From positions 183,334,001-183,398,000 of the forward strand of contig NC_042997.1 in NCBI RefSeq assembly GCF_006345805.1: 64,000 bases of DNA, given 5' to 3'. The DNA is from Octopus sinensis (taxonomy: Eukaryota). Position 1 is the stretch's first letter; each line of letters starts with the position of its first letter. The position numbers and the translations under genes were made by a program. Under the pieces are notes generated by a model. That model was not told the DNA's origin. It did no database searches and saw only the letters and a list, made by a program, of their open reading frames with translations. This document shows, in pieces, positions 38,166 to 50,305 of the stretch.

Positions 38166-39305
38166 GTAAGCTTCAGTTGATTTATACTGTAAACTGTATG
38201 TCAGATCAAGATTTAACAAAATTTATTTAACTTGGTGTAAATACCTTAAAAAAAAAAATCACAATTACTTTTTGTTTTTAGCATAAATTTCTGCAGTTAT
38301 TAATGAGGTGTTTTTATATTGATATTTACTAAGTTTGATATACAGGCTGGGCCAAAAGTCATGTGCCGAAACTTTTGACATTTTATTTATATCATGCTAT
38401 TATCAATATTATTATCCATTTTGTCTATACAAGTACATGTATATTCATCATTATTTTATTCAATTTAAAAAAAAATCGAAGCATGCCTTTGATAATTCAG
38501 GGATGTGTTGACCTTTATTTTGTGCATGACTTTTGGCTCACCCTACACACGCACGCAGAGGTGCCAGTGTGGTAAGAAGTTTGTTTCCTTAATTTTAGAT
38601 TGACTACGTATCTTTAAATTCTGATATTTTTCTTCCATTTAGCTCAAAGCACTTTTTTTATTTCTGGGTTGTAGTTGCTGTTTAACTACCAAGCCAGTCC
38701 TTACTGAGTAGATGTAAACAAAGCCTTGACTGCTATTCCATATTCTTTTTTTTTCTCAGGCATTGTGCTATTTAAGAATTGGCTAGAGTTTGCTTCATCA
38801 GTTCATGTAACTGTTATAGCATATACTTACATCAGTGCAACCAGAAAAAAATTTTTTCTTATACTTGCATGGAAAAACAAATAAGTTACATGAATATATA
38901 TAATTGAGGCATTGTTTTACAGTCAGATTTACTTCTGATTGCTAACTTACCTGTTTTTCCAAGTAAGGGGGCTCTCATTCCGCCCCCATTAGAGCAAAGC
39001 CAGTAGATGTTTTGTTGACAAGGGAAATAATGTTATTTCTTCCGGCAATGATTTTCAGGAAAGTGATGTTAACACACACAATTATAAAGCATTTATTTGT
39101 TTCTGAATTTAGGGCTTCTTTCAGTTTCCACCTACCAAATCGACTCGGTTTGCTCAGGGCCATAATAAGTAATACTTGCCCAAGGTGCACTGCAGTGGGA
39201 CTGAACCCAAAACAAAGTGGTTGTAAAGCGAACTTCTTAACCATAGTCATACCTGCATCTATATGGAAATTAATTTGTTAAATCAAAAATATATTCTTAA
39301 GTATA

Positions 39306-39467
39306 GGTGCAGGAGTGGCTGTGCGATAAGTAGCTTGCTTACCAACCACACAGTTCTGGGTTCAGTCCCACTGTGTGGCACCTTGGGCAAGTGTCTTCTA
39401 CTATAGCTTTGGGCCGACCAAGTCCTTGTGAGTGGATTTGGTAGACAGAAACCGAAAGAAGCCTGTC

Positions 39468-39523
<56 letters not shown>

Positions 39524-39731
39524 ATGTTTGTGTTTGTCCCCCAAACATCGCTTGACAACCGATGCTGGTGTGTTTGCATCCCCGTAACTTAGCGGTTCGG
39601 CAAAAGAGACCGATAGAATAAGTACTAGGCTTACAAAGAATAAGTCCTGGGGTCGATTAGCTCGACTAAAGGCAGTGCTCCAGCATGGCCACAGTCAAAT
39701 GACTGAAACAAGTAAAAGTGATAAAGAGAGA
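39306..39731 (+). mobile_element. Full-length tRNA-derived SINE with expanded (TA)n
   Basis: Homologous to 20630-21018. Confidence 0.9.
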
Positions 39732-39973
39732 GTTCGTTTGTTAATGAGCTCTAATCTAATGAAATAATATAATTTCATTACAATTCTGTACTACTAATAG
39801 CATAACATGCAGCAGGGTATATGGAAAAAAAAAAGCATAAAATTATGATGAAAAAGATTTAAAGTGATTAAAAAAAAAAAAGAAAAAAAAAGGTTTTATT
39901 GCAAATATATATCAATCATTGTGACACACAAACATATTTTTATAAATTCAAAACATTGTAAATTCTTTTTCAG

Positions 39974-40214
39974 GTTACTCGAAATGGAAAGAGTTGCACA
40001 TGCAAAATGCTTGAAAGAATTTAATTTTTCCACATTAAAAAAAGACGACACAATATCCCATTATCAAATGGTTAATTTTTGTACTCGTCTATTAGAGAAC
40101 ACGGATAACCTAAATATATTAAAGTCCATGAACAATTTACACATTCAGGTTTCCCATTACTATTCTGTGATGCAAGATGGCCGAATATGTATACCTTGGG
40201 ATTGGACATTATGA
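39974..40214 (+). CDS. TCAIM: TCAIM last coding exon (...QMVNFCTRLL...VSHYYSVMQDGRICIPWDWTL*)
   Basis: Close match to human C-terminus QMVDCCKRLL...ISHFYSVMQDGDLCIPWNW; tttttcAG acceptor; TGA stop. Confidence 0.93.
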
Positions 40215-40479
40215 AACTATAGTTATTTTTAAAAAAAAACCTCCTTTGGAGATGTATAGCGTAAAAAAAGGATCTTTAGAAAAGACTTAACTTTGCAATT
40301 GATGTTGAAATGTTTAATTAAATATTTTTTTTGTAAATGTCATCTGTTCTGTCATTGAAAACTATTTTAATATATTTATTTAAAAAAAATTTTATGATGT
40401 AATATTTAATATTTAAAACACTGATCGTGGAAAAAAATTAATTAATTTTTATTTTCTTGGATATGTATATATTACGTGC

Positions 40480-40665
40480 AGGTGGCACGTAAAAAACACC
40501 CACTACACTCGCGGAGTGGTTGGCGTTAGGAAGGGCATCCAGCCGTAGAAACACTGCCAGATCTGACTGGGCCTGATGAAGCCTTCCAGCTTCACAGACC
40601 CCAGTTGACCCGTCCAACCCATGCTAGCATGGAAAACGGACGCTAAACGATGATGATGATGATAT
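40480..40665 (+). mobile_element. RTE 3'-tail fragment just downstream of the TCAIM stop
   Basis: Shared tail sequence. Confidence 0.8.
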
Positions 40666-43323
40666 ATAAATTGTCTTGAATTAAGAATTTATCTTTACAA
40701 TAGAAGAAAAGCAGAAGAAAATGTTTTAACTGAGAAATCTACGCTTCTGATCTTAATCAGATATTTCATAGAGACTCAGTGGCTATGAAATGGGAAAATT
40801 TCATTGCTCGTTTTAGTGTGTCCAGGTAAAAAATACCATTTTCACTTATGGAAGTTCGTTAGCTAGAGGTTATAAGAATATCCGGTTGATAAAAATGAAA
40901 ACAAACAAAACAAGCCAAACACTGGTTTCACTACTATGCAAAAATATGTATAAAATTTGAAGATAAATTGTAAAGATGGATTTAAATCAGTTTTAAAAAT
41001 AATTGATTTATTGCATATTTGATTTTGCTGCCTCAACCAGAGATTCTACTCAAGTATATTTAGTAGGAGTCTTTCCCGGCTAAGGAAGATGTCCACTTGA
41101 TAATGGATGCTTAATATGATATTGTCTGTTATTCAAACATCATATGCAGTTCATAGGAAGAACCTGAGCTTGTATTATTCAATTTCAAGGCAGTTGTAGA
41201 TGACTGGGGATTCTTCTGAAGTTAAAGAGCTAGAATGATTTCTTTGTGCTCATATGAGCTGAATTCTGCATTGCAAACAATGAGCCACTTGTTAATTTTA
41301 CATATCTTCCACTGCTTGTAGTGGCAAGTTGTTCCTACCATGTGGTGCTTATTTTCACCTATGTAAACTAGGCCATTTGATAGTTAAGTTCCTTGGCTAA
41401 GACTCAAAGTGCTGGTGACAAGACATGAACAATGAACTTTTACTGATTGTCTAATAGCCTATTGACTTTGCCAGCCGCACTCTAGTACCATAAGAACAAG
41501 AATGTTTTCATGTATTTTGGTTTAAATGATTTTGGCTTTGGAGTTATTTGAAAACATTAATTAATTCAGGAAATCAATTCTATGTCACTCATCGAGATTC
41601 TAGTGCAATAAACATTTGAATAATAACTTAAAAAAAAAAAAAAGTGTCTGAAGAAGGAAATATACTGACATATCGAATGTGAAGATTGGTCAAAATACAC
41701 TAGAACACCTGACATTTTTCACATAGAAAAATAGAGTAAAATTTGAAAATTTTTGTCATTGTACATCTATTATAATTTCTTACTTCAGCTCTGTTGCTTT
41801 GTGCTTATGTAGAAAATAATTAAATAGTACTTTGAACCCAATTTACGAGGTGTAATTCACTGTTAAATTGAATATTTTTTCATTAGCTAGTCCTCTGAAC
41901 ATGGTTTGTTATACAAAAGTGACAGCCATTTCATGAAATAGAGCAAAATAACATCCTGTCATCTACAAGGTCTATGGAGCACCAATGGAAATGTTAGACT
42001 TTGCATTGTATTTTGGTCGTAATATATTACTTGACTCCAATTATTAAGCTAGAAAATACAGTTATCAAGAACAAATTTAAAGATCTCCATTTGAAGACTG
42101 ATTCAATGCATTGAAGTATGGATATAGGAAAGAAATATATGGATATATACATAGTATTTTAAACATACTCTATTTGAACTACTGATGAAGATGCTGTCCT
42201 GTAAGGAGACAAGTGAACTGTGTCTAAACTAGAACATTTGATTACAAAGTAGTAATCAGTGTTAAATCTAGAAGCTTGGTGGCTTTCTGATCATTACACT
42301 AAAAAAACAAAAACACAAAAGATTGTGCTTTCATTAAAAAAAAACCCACTTCACTTTCTCTGAAGCCACTTAATCTGAGATACATAAACAGGCAACTGGG
42401 TCATATCCTGAAAGAAGGTAAGCTTTCTCACTTATGATTTACTTCACCTTTAATATTTCCAGAGTGATGGTCACAAACGACTTACATAAAATCATAGCTG
42501 CTGAAGATCTTACATTGTCACCTGTGCAGTAACTTATGAACAATTTTGATGTCAAGGGGAATAACTATGCTGTAACTAGAATGAGAATCCTAGTGAAACT
42601 TACTATTCATCAATAACAGCAGCTTTAAAGCTGTTTCATTATAGCTTCTGTTAATGAGGCTCCCTCCAAACCTCACTATCAATCTGAATGAAATCTGTGA
42701 GAGTTATCTAAACTAATAACCAATTCAGTTTCTTCTAATATCATACTCCTTTACAAACGTGATTACCTAATATTTCTCCTCTACAAATCATTTCACCATG
42801 GAACCCTCAAATTTTCCATTAGATATGTATTCTTGAAATAGAAATAAAAATTACAACTTCTATTTAACAGTACCAATATACACACATCCTAAGAAACCTA
42901 CTATAAATTAAAACATAAGATTGCCTGCTAATCCCTTTGCTTTTACTGTAATTAAATATAGTCAAAACAACAAATTCTTAGGCTCCTTTAAAAGCCATGA
43001 AATGTTGTACATGCGTTAATGTTAACTATTTAGATTGAGCCAACACATTCATTCTATTGAAACATTGTTCCTTTTCAGCTGAAAAGTGCCATCTATCAGA
43101 TGGGCCAACATTTCACTGGTGAACATCCTAGAACCTTTGGCTCATTCACAAGTTGTACTTTCTGACTCTTCTATTGAAAACAGTAACCTACTGAGCATGC
43201 TGACTATATATACCACTCCATCACTTCCATACTAACAGCTAATTCTTTTGACCTTATAATGCCAACTTTACAGCTCAACAACTGTTTTGCTGCTCATTTT
43301 TCTTCCAGCCATTTACCCTAATA

Positions 43324-43694
43324 GGCATAGGAGTGGCTGTGTGGTAAGTAGCTTGCTTACAAACCACATGGTTCTGGGTTCAGTCCCACTGTGTGGAACT
43401 TTGGGCAAGTGTCTTCTACTATAGTCTTGGGCCAACCAAAGCCTTGTGAGTGGATTTGGTAGACGGAAACTGAAAGAAGCTTGTCGTATATATGTGTGTG
43501 TGTTTGTACCCACCAACATCGCTTGACAACCGATGCTGGTGTGTTTAGGTCTCCGTAACTTAGCAGTTCGGCAAAAGAGACCGATAGAATAAGTACTAGG
43601 CTTACAAAGAATAAGTCCTGGGGTCGATTTGCTCGACTAAAGGCGGTGCTCCAGCATGGCCACAGTCAAATGACTGAAACAAGTAAAAGAGTAA
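43324..43694 (+). mobile_element. Full-length tRNA-derived SINE
   Basis: Homologous to 20630-21018. Confidence 0.9.
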
Positions 43695-45945
43695 TGAATT
43701 TAAATTAAATAAGCTGCTGCTTCCTTCAAATTAAGACATCTGTATAAAATTTTTTTGAGATACAAGAAAGTTTTGTAAAGCAAAATGAGCAGTTGATTGA
43801 ACAGAAGTATATCAATGGTATCTTATTTAATAAAAAATATTACGAAAGATCAGCACTACCTAGTGATCCTATAAAGACAACTATAGTTTAGTCATTTTAC
43901 TGTTTCTGCTGACTCATCAATTCAAAAGGTTTCTCTTTTTTGACGAAGCACAACTATATATTGCTTTCATATTTTTATGAACATATTTCATTTATTTGAT
44001 AAAATTATTTATAACAACACTTCAAACACTTATTTTCATATTTAGACATCTTGAATTCATAGCAAACGCATGCTGTTAGATGCATTTATTGAGCTTTCAC
44101 ATTTAAGCTCTGGTATGGAAGAGTTTAAAACAGTTTTCCCTTAATCTGTTCTTTACAAGTCTTTTATAGACCTTTCATGTCTACATTTAAAAGAAAGTAT
44201 ACAAAAGTTTACTAGATACCCAGAACAGTCACAAAGAACAGAACTGCTTGTTGAATAATCCATCATATTTGATGTCAGTGTATTGGATAAAAATAACTTG
44301 TTCTTTTTAACAAATCTCTAACTCTTGAATTCAAATCCTTCCAAGGTCAACTTGCTTTTCATATTTTGGTGTTTGAAGAAATAAGTACTGATCAAATTAA
44401 TTGACTGCGCTCTCTCCACAAATTTGTGAACTAGGACCACTTAAATTCATATTATTGCTGTTTTAAGAAATTATGCTTGGTGCCTGTCAGAGTATATTTT
44501 AGTAAGCTTAAAAATTAATATATTCTGAAATTATTTTGCATATCTATCCTAAAATTGCAACAGCTATTACTTCATATCAGTATTATAAAGCCTCAACAGT
44601 CACATTTTAAGATTTTTCTATTCTAAGAAACAGTAGGGATGATAGTAATAAAAAAGTGAAAAAGGAAAAGAATCAGTTAAGAAAATCTTTATACACTGGT
44701 GTGCGAAATTCATTTTTATTTTGTAGTAAAATCCTTGTTGCAAAGTTATGGTGGAAAAAATCTTTTTTTAATATGAATCTTCAAAATGTTCATTGAAATA
44801 AACTTAAAAAATGATTTACACTTATGAAGTTTAATCAAGAGAAAGGTCTTGGGGAAGGGAGAGACTTCAACCAAATCAAAATGTACCCAAGAATAAAGAA
44901 ATTCAGAGATATGTAACAATATGTATATTCAAATTGACTGTTAGAATTACAGATTATTTGAATACTTTATGTGTATTTGTGGAGAAAGAGAGAATGAAGC
45001 ATGTATGTACATATGGTGATAGTAAGAGAAATATATCTGGTTTCAATATCATTAGTAATAAATGTTAAAATTAAACTATACAGCAAAGTAAATAAAAGAT
45101 TTCTAGACGAAAGTTTTAAAATTTCTTTTATAATTCAATTTATAAGCAACCTGTGCTGGAGAAGGCTGTTTTAACTTTAATTATAAATTAATAAAGGAGA
45201 GGAGAGAAGAGGGTGTGTGTGTGTGTTTGTGTAGGTGTGTATGTATAGAGAGCAATAAATAAAAATGCTTTAAAGGCTAGGAAAACCTTAATACCACTTT
45301 CTCTCTTCAATAGATTCAGAGATATGTTCCTTAAATTAATAAAATGATATCAAGAACAAGAAAATATATAAAACAAACATAAATATATAAAAAAAAAATA
45401 ATAATACAACAATGGAAACTAAAATCAAAATTTATAATATATATAATGAAAAAAAAAGCATAACTTTTGATATTGAGATTTTTTCTTATTCTTCCCTGCT
45501 TGCTTTTCACACAGCTTTGCACTAGTGTTTTACTTCAGTGTTAAACTTCATTTTAGAAAATGGGTGTTTTTTTCCAATTTTTTACAAAAAAATTAAAAGA
45601 ATAAAGTAAATGAAGAAAATAGTATATATATTTATGTATATGCTTGTAGATCTCTTTAACTTAACTTCATTTACATAGTTTACAGATTATAATTATTTTA
45701 ATAATTATAATTATAAAAATAATTATATATATATATATATATATACATATATAATTATCTTTTTTTCTATCTCCAACATTCTATGCTTATTCAGAGCATT
45801 TAGCAGGTTTGATTTTTTTCCCTTAAGTAGATGTGAAACTAAAATCAGCATCTGTTTCCAATTTTGAAAAAAATTTGTAAAATGGTAGGAAAACAAGTAT
45901 TTAGTGGTGATGGTTTGTTTCACATTAGACTGATCTCTAGTTAAT

Positions 45946-46137
45946 TCAGTTGATAGTTTTTAATTTATTCAGATTGTCCCTTGAATCTCTCTTTCTTCTG
46001 TGAGTAGAAGGGCTTGGAAGGTACAAGTGTGAGGAAATTGGAGGAATATAATGGAGAATAGAGGTATCTAAATTTCGATCTTCTTCCACAAGAGTCTTTA
46101 CAGTACGTTTCCAATAGTCAAAATATATTCTGGAGCT
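45946..46137 (-). CDS. TRPC4AP: TRPC4AP (TRUSS, CRL4 substrate receptor) last coding exon (SSRIYFDYWKRTVKTLV...KTIN*)
   Basis: Resembles human SSCISFSYWKETVSILL; poly-T CAG acceptor; TGA at 45946-45948. Confidence 0.92.
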   Translation of the reverse strand, partial: SSRIYFDYWKRTVKTLVEEDRNLDTSILHYIPPISSHLYLPSPSTHRRKRDSRDNLNKLKTIN

Positions 46138-46322
46138 CTGAAAAAAAATGCAAAAGAGAAAAAAAATGCTAGTTACGATAGTAAAATTTTATAATTATTG
46201 ATTTCTCACATTACCAGAATGTTTCATATTAATGGAAGAGAGGACTTTTACTTTATGGAGCTTGCAAGATTTAATGTTCACAGCTACAGAAAACACCTAT
46301 GTGCAACTGTTCCCAACTTTAA

Positions 46323-46512
46323 CCCTTTCGTTACCATATTTATTTTGAGATGCTCTACATTTCTTTCAATTAATTTTAAATATAACAAAGAATTTAGTAA
46401 AACAACTTCATTATCATTCAGCCAGTGTTAGAATATCAATTGTGACTAAGGTTTGGTGGAAGATTTTAATTCAAAACTTATGAAAACAAGACAATGGTAC
46501 TACAGAGCCAGA
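46323..46512. mobile_element. Truncated piggyBac-like MITE joined to an RTE UTR fragment
   Basis: TTAA|CCCTTT left end with homologous interior; right end replaced. Confidence 0.7.
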
Positions 46513-47181
46513 GGGCCTCGCTCGAGTCTTTTTACACATGCCACCGGTACAGGTGCCAGTAAGGCGACGCTGGTAATGATCACACTCGAATGGTGCCCTT
46601 TTACGTGCCACCGACATGCTCTGGCAGCAATAAATTAGTGTTAATTTATATGGCAATATTATACATGCTTTAAAGCAAATTTTGTATATGCACAGGTTTC
46701 AACATACAAATGAATAAAGAATACTCATGGAAAAACTAATTGGATATAGAGAATGCATTTTAAAAGAAACTTTGCTACTTGTCTAGGATTTAAAAAAAAA
46801 GGTTGTTACCTTCCTTTAAAAGCAAATGCTTATGATTTTATATTTAAAAACTCTATAATATTGCTTGACACGAAGAAATTTGCAAAGGAAGGGCAGAGTT
46901 AATTGACTATGATAGGTGTTTATTTTATAGAGAGGCTAGGTAAGATTACAGTTGACCCTTCACTAATTTCATTAATGTGTGCAAGTGTTACTTTCATTGC
47001 TACAACACTGCTCTTTAAACATCAATAATTTTGATTCCTTCTGGTTACAAACTCAGTTTCTGCCCATCTGAGACAGACCATTAAATCAATGTTAGAGTAA
47101 TACTGGTATTTTTATTATCAACTGGAAAAAGAGGGTTGGGTAGCACAAGAAAATCAAATATGATACAACTTGAACTCTTAA

Positions 47182-47403
47182 CCCTTTTGCTACCGTATTT
47201 ATTTTGAAATGCTCTGTGTTTCTTTCAATTAATCTTAAATATAACTAAGAATTTAGTAAAATAACTTAGATACCATTAAGCTAGTGTTAGGAACATAAAT
47301 TGTGACTAAGTTTTGGTGGAAAATTTTAATTCAAAACTTATGAAAGAAAGACATTTGTGCTACAGAGCCAGAAGCAGTTTCAGTCGGGTTGGTATCAAAA
47401 GGG
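47182..47403. mobile_element. piggyBac-like MITE
   Basis: TTAA|CCCTTTTG...CAAAAGGG|TTAA. Confidence 0.85.
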
Positions 47404-47592
47404 TTAATGAAGAAGAATGAGACAAAATACTGCAAGGCATTTAATCTAGTACTCTACCATATCTGGCAATTAACTGATTTTGAAACATCAAACAACTTGT
47501 GGTCTTCACATTTAACACACATTGCAGAATGCAACAAATTTAAGGGTAGCATGTAGAAAATAGATAAAAATTAAGAACTGAAATAAACTTAC

Positions 47593-47659
47593 CTTTTCAA
47601 GTGCACTGCAGTCTTTGTCTTTATGCAAATAATGATCTTGCCAGAATAACAACAACTCC
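47593..47659 (-). CDS. TRPC4AP: TRPC4AP exon (ELLLFWQDHYLHKDKDCSALEK)
   Basis: Matches human LLRFWQQHYLHKDKDSTCLE; AAG acceptor, GTAAGT donor. Confidence 0.93.
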
Positions 47660-47819
47660 CTTCAATTAATAGGATAAAATAAATTAGAAACAAAGTCATG
47701 AATAGATTGGTTTTAAATGATAAATTAAGTTTCCTTGCAAAATAGAAAACTGCTGAAAAGGCAAGATAAATACTTAATAGTATTAAGATAAGCTCAGTAA
47801 AAATATTTTACAGCATATA

Positions 47820-48147
47820 GGCGTAGGAGTGGCTGTGTGGTAAGTAGCTTGCTTACGGACCACATGGTTCTGGGTTCAGTCCCACTGCATGGCACCTTGG
47901 GCAAGTGTCTTCTGCTATAGCCTCGGGCTGACCAAAGCCTTGTGAGTGGATTTGGCAGACGGAAACTGAAAGAAGCCTATTGTATATATGTATATATATG
48001 TATTTGTTTGTGTCTGTGTTTGTCCTCCCCCCCCCAACATCGCTTGACAACCGATGCTGGTGTGCTTATGTCCCCGTAACTTAGTGGTTCGGCAAAAGAG
48101 AACGACAAAATAAATACTGGGCTTACAAAGAATAAACCCTGGGGTCA
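47820..48147 (+). mobile_element. tRNA-derived SINE, 3'-truncated
   Basis: Homologous to 20630-21018. Confidence 0.85.
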
Positions 48148-48463
48148 TAGAAAAATTGCCATAACAAAACCTGTTTGACTCCGGCAAGCATGAAAATGTA
48201 GGCATTAAAACAATGAAGATGAGGAAATACTAACAAGACATCTTTGCCCAAATCTTTATCAATAAGTGTCTTAAGAATGATTATTCCACCAGTGTTGAAG
48301 ATGTATATTAAGAATTGGGACTGCAGTATTTTCTTTTAAAACATATCAATGTATAAATTAGCTGAATATCTTTTGTAGAAGCTATAAACCGAAAATACTA
48401 AATATTTTACTCTAGTTTGCTTCATCTGCCAATCTAGTAAATATATATAACATTTCATAAAAT

Positions 48464-48639
48464 TCTGTTGTGTCTGGGGAGAGTCATTTTCTTTTTGTGC
48501 CTTATAATGTAACACATTCACCAGTAAAATTTCCACTTATTTCTTATTTTTATTTTCCTAAAATTTTCATTGCGTGTTGCAACCTTTTCAATAGTCTTGA
48601 CTGTCCATTAATCTTGCAAACCAAATCCAAAAACGAAAT
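48464..48639. mobile_element. Second copy (opposite orientation) of the 18530 element
   Basis: 12-bp direct repeat ATTTCATAAAAT at 48452-48463 and 48640-48651. Confidence 0.65.
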
Positions 48640-48770
48640 ATTTCATAAAATGTTTAGTACAAAAAAGAGTGTCAAACTACAAAATAGCTGTTCCTGTAGT
48701 GATTATAAAACTGACATGAGGAGATTAGGAAAAAACATGATAATACTAATTAAAAGCTTTTATATATTAC

Positions 48771-48919
48771 CTGAAATTACCCATGATTGAACCAGATATA
48801 TTAACATCCAAAAGGTCATCTGTGTCATCCTGTAGAGCATGAAGATACTTTGGTAATATTTTCTTTTGATTGGCAAACATTAGGAATACCAGTGTTGTAT
48901 TTAAACAGCTTACATTTTC
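48771..48919 (-). CDS. TRPC4AP: TRPC4AP exon (ENVSCLNTTLVFLMFA...IMGNF)
   Basis: Matches human ENVSCLNTSLVILMLA; AG/GT, phase 0 to 2. Confidence 0.93.
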
Positions 48920-49343
48920 CTAATAAACAGACATAAACATAAAAATAATTATGGAAGCTACCAAAAAATTTCAAAATACAATTAAGAGAAAATGATTTCT
49001 TTCTAACAAAAGAACTGACAACTAAGATTTTGTGTAGATAGAGCATTCAAGGCAGATGCCACACACACTTTACATTTCAGGAGACAAGGATATGAAACAA
49101 TTTCAATCTGTTTGTTCTCATCTTGGTTTAAAATTTTAATAATTTTAAAACTAAGTGACTTCTTATAGGAAGGAAAGGAGTCATGAAATGGCTACTGATT
49201 ATGAATTTTAAGAATGTTAAAGCTACAAATTCAGTGCAAAAATATTTTTCAGATATGGGACAAGATACATTATGTTTAAAATATTGCAGTGGCCACAAGA
49301 GAACGGCTTCATCAAATTGCAAAAATATTAACGTCATCAATAC

Positions 49344-49450
49344 CTGAGTGAGATTTTGAACACTAATTATGTTGATTAATTTCCGCAAATAGTCAAGTTG
49401 TTGTTTAAAATCTGCTATATACACTAATAAACGGTTGTGCTTTCGGATAG
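49344..49450 (-). CDS. TRPC4AP: TRPC4AP exon (IRKHNRLLVYIADFKQQLDYLRKLINIISVQNLTQ)
   Basis: Matches human RLLAYI...LFRLINIIHVQTLTQ; AG/GT, phases fit. Confidence 0.9.
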
Positions 49451-49911
49451 CTGAAAGATAAAAATGCATAAATAATCAACATATGGTCTATTTTCATTTA
49501 CACATTTTTTAAAATTAAAAAACATACACCAATTAAAAAGAAAAAAATTAAGTTAAGGTACTGTATAGCTATTCACAGGGACAGAAAAAAAAAAACTTAT
49601 CCCTAAATTGTACCTTACATTATGCAAATGATCCTATTTGGCACAAAACTAAAGGATATGTTTGTATTGCAGACATGTTAATCCATGAGATTTCAACACA
49701 AATCTATTTAAATACAGAGTAAAAAACTAATAAGCTCAACTTTCATTAACATAGCAATCGGGCTTTAACGAAAACTTTCCAGAGAAATTATTTAAAACTA
49801 ATCAATTTAACTGAGCTGGGATAATTTTTATGGTTTCATCTTCTTTCCACTTATTCTTCCCCACCCCCATTGATGTACTGATGTTCACATGCAAACAACA
49901 ACTGATCTTAC

Positions 49912-50020
49912 CATCATATTGTTCGTCATCTGAGAAATGTTCAAGAGACAGAATTAAACTTCGGATAAACATGTTAGAATCCACTAGATTTCTGTTGACT
50001 GTTGAGATGAATTTATTAAA
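49912..50020 (-). CDS. TRPC4AP: TRPC4AP exon (FNKFISTVNRNLVDSNMFIRSLILSLEHFSDDEQYD)
   Basis: Matches human INSSLVDSNMLVRCVTLSLDRF; AG/GTAAGA. Confidence 0.92.
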
Positions 50021-50305
50021 CTTAAAAGAGAAGAAAAGGAAGTCACATTATATATATATGTATATACACACACAGAGTTTTAAGAATGGAAAAATAAAAT
50101 ACTGCTTAAAATTCTAGAGGCTAGAAACTTACAATTATCTGTACCTACAATACTCATCATCGTTTAACGTCCATTTTCCATGCTAGCACAGGTTGGATGG
50201 TTCGACCGGGGTCTGGGAAGCTAGGAGATTGCACCAGATCTTGGAGTGGTTGGCGTTAGGAAGGGCATCCAGCTGTAGAAACTCTGCCAGATCAGATTGG
50301 AGTCT

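Noticed and set aside
42181-42230. CTGATGA hammerhead-like core (also 12084 and 25290)
   Set aside because: No matching GAAA core with flanking stems visible.
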